Source: Antedon mediterranea (taxonomy: Eukaryota > Animalia > Echinodermata). Taken from it: a stretch of DNA of 64,000 nt. Shown one piece after another: positions 63,743 to 64,000 of the stretch. Position numbers and translations under genes: made by a program. The stretch is taken from NCBI RefSeq assembly GCF_964355755.1, contig NC_092673.1:36081648-36145647 (forward strand), read 5' to 3'. Below the pieces are notes generated by a model. It had not been told where the DNA came from and ran no database searches. It worked only from the letters and a program-made list of their open reading frames with translations. Within the stretch, counting starts at the first letter, position 1. Every line of letters starts with the position of its first letter.

Positions 63743-64000
63743 TGACTCTGTTTTGATTCTATACTGAACTCTGTGGTATGAAGAAATAAACTTTATGATA
63801 GATACTAATTTAACCTTGTTCACTCAACTGAAATGTAATGCATTCGATCAGTAATAAAAATAATAATAATAATCAATAATATTAATGAAAGTACAGAGTA
63901 GCCTTGTCTACCAAACGTAACGTCACATTTTATTTCCATTTGTCTTATCTTTCGTCATTTTCGTCATTACTTCTGTTCACTATAACAAAGTGTTATACAT

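Overview
AT-rich, intron-rich genomic DNA from an animal, most likely a marine invertebrate deuterostome such as an echinoderm (the taxon is inference only). Ten protein-coding genes can be assembled by hand from GT-AG exons: Not/NOTO homeobox (3' part), KNDC1 (very-KIND RasGEF), an SGSH-like sulfamidase with an intronless CDS, an AS3MT-like methyltransferase lacking one catalytic Cys, mitoferrin, ADPRS/ARH3, MAK16, C20orf27/ADISSP, and two tandem divergent G-protein gamma genes. The introns hold many non-autonomous DNA elements and minisatellites. The most striking pattern is that five tandem arrays are built from the exon-intron junctions of their own host genes: about 80 and 23 copies of two KNDC1 donors, 7 copies of a MAK16 donor/pseudo-exon cassette, about 110 copies of a MAK16 acceptor, and a 2-copy ADPRS donor. 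The functional site is always the copy next to the exon, and in the four large arrays decoy use gives a frameshift or an immediate stop. Coordinates were read by eye and copy numbers are approximate unless stated. Most short ORFs in the supplied track are exon fragments or noise.
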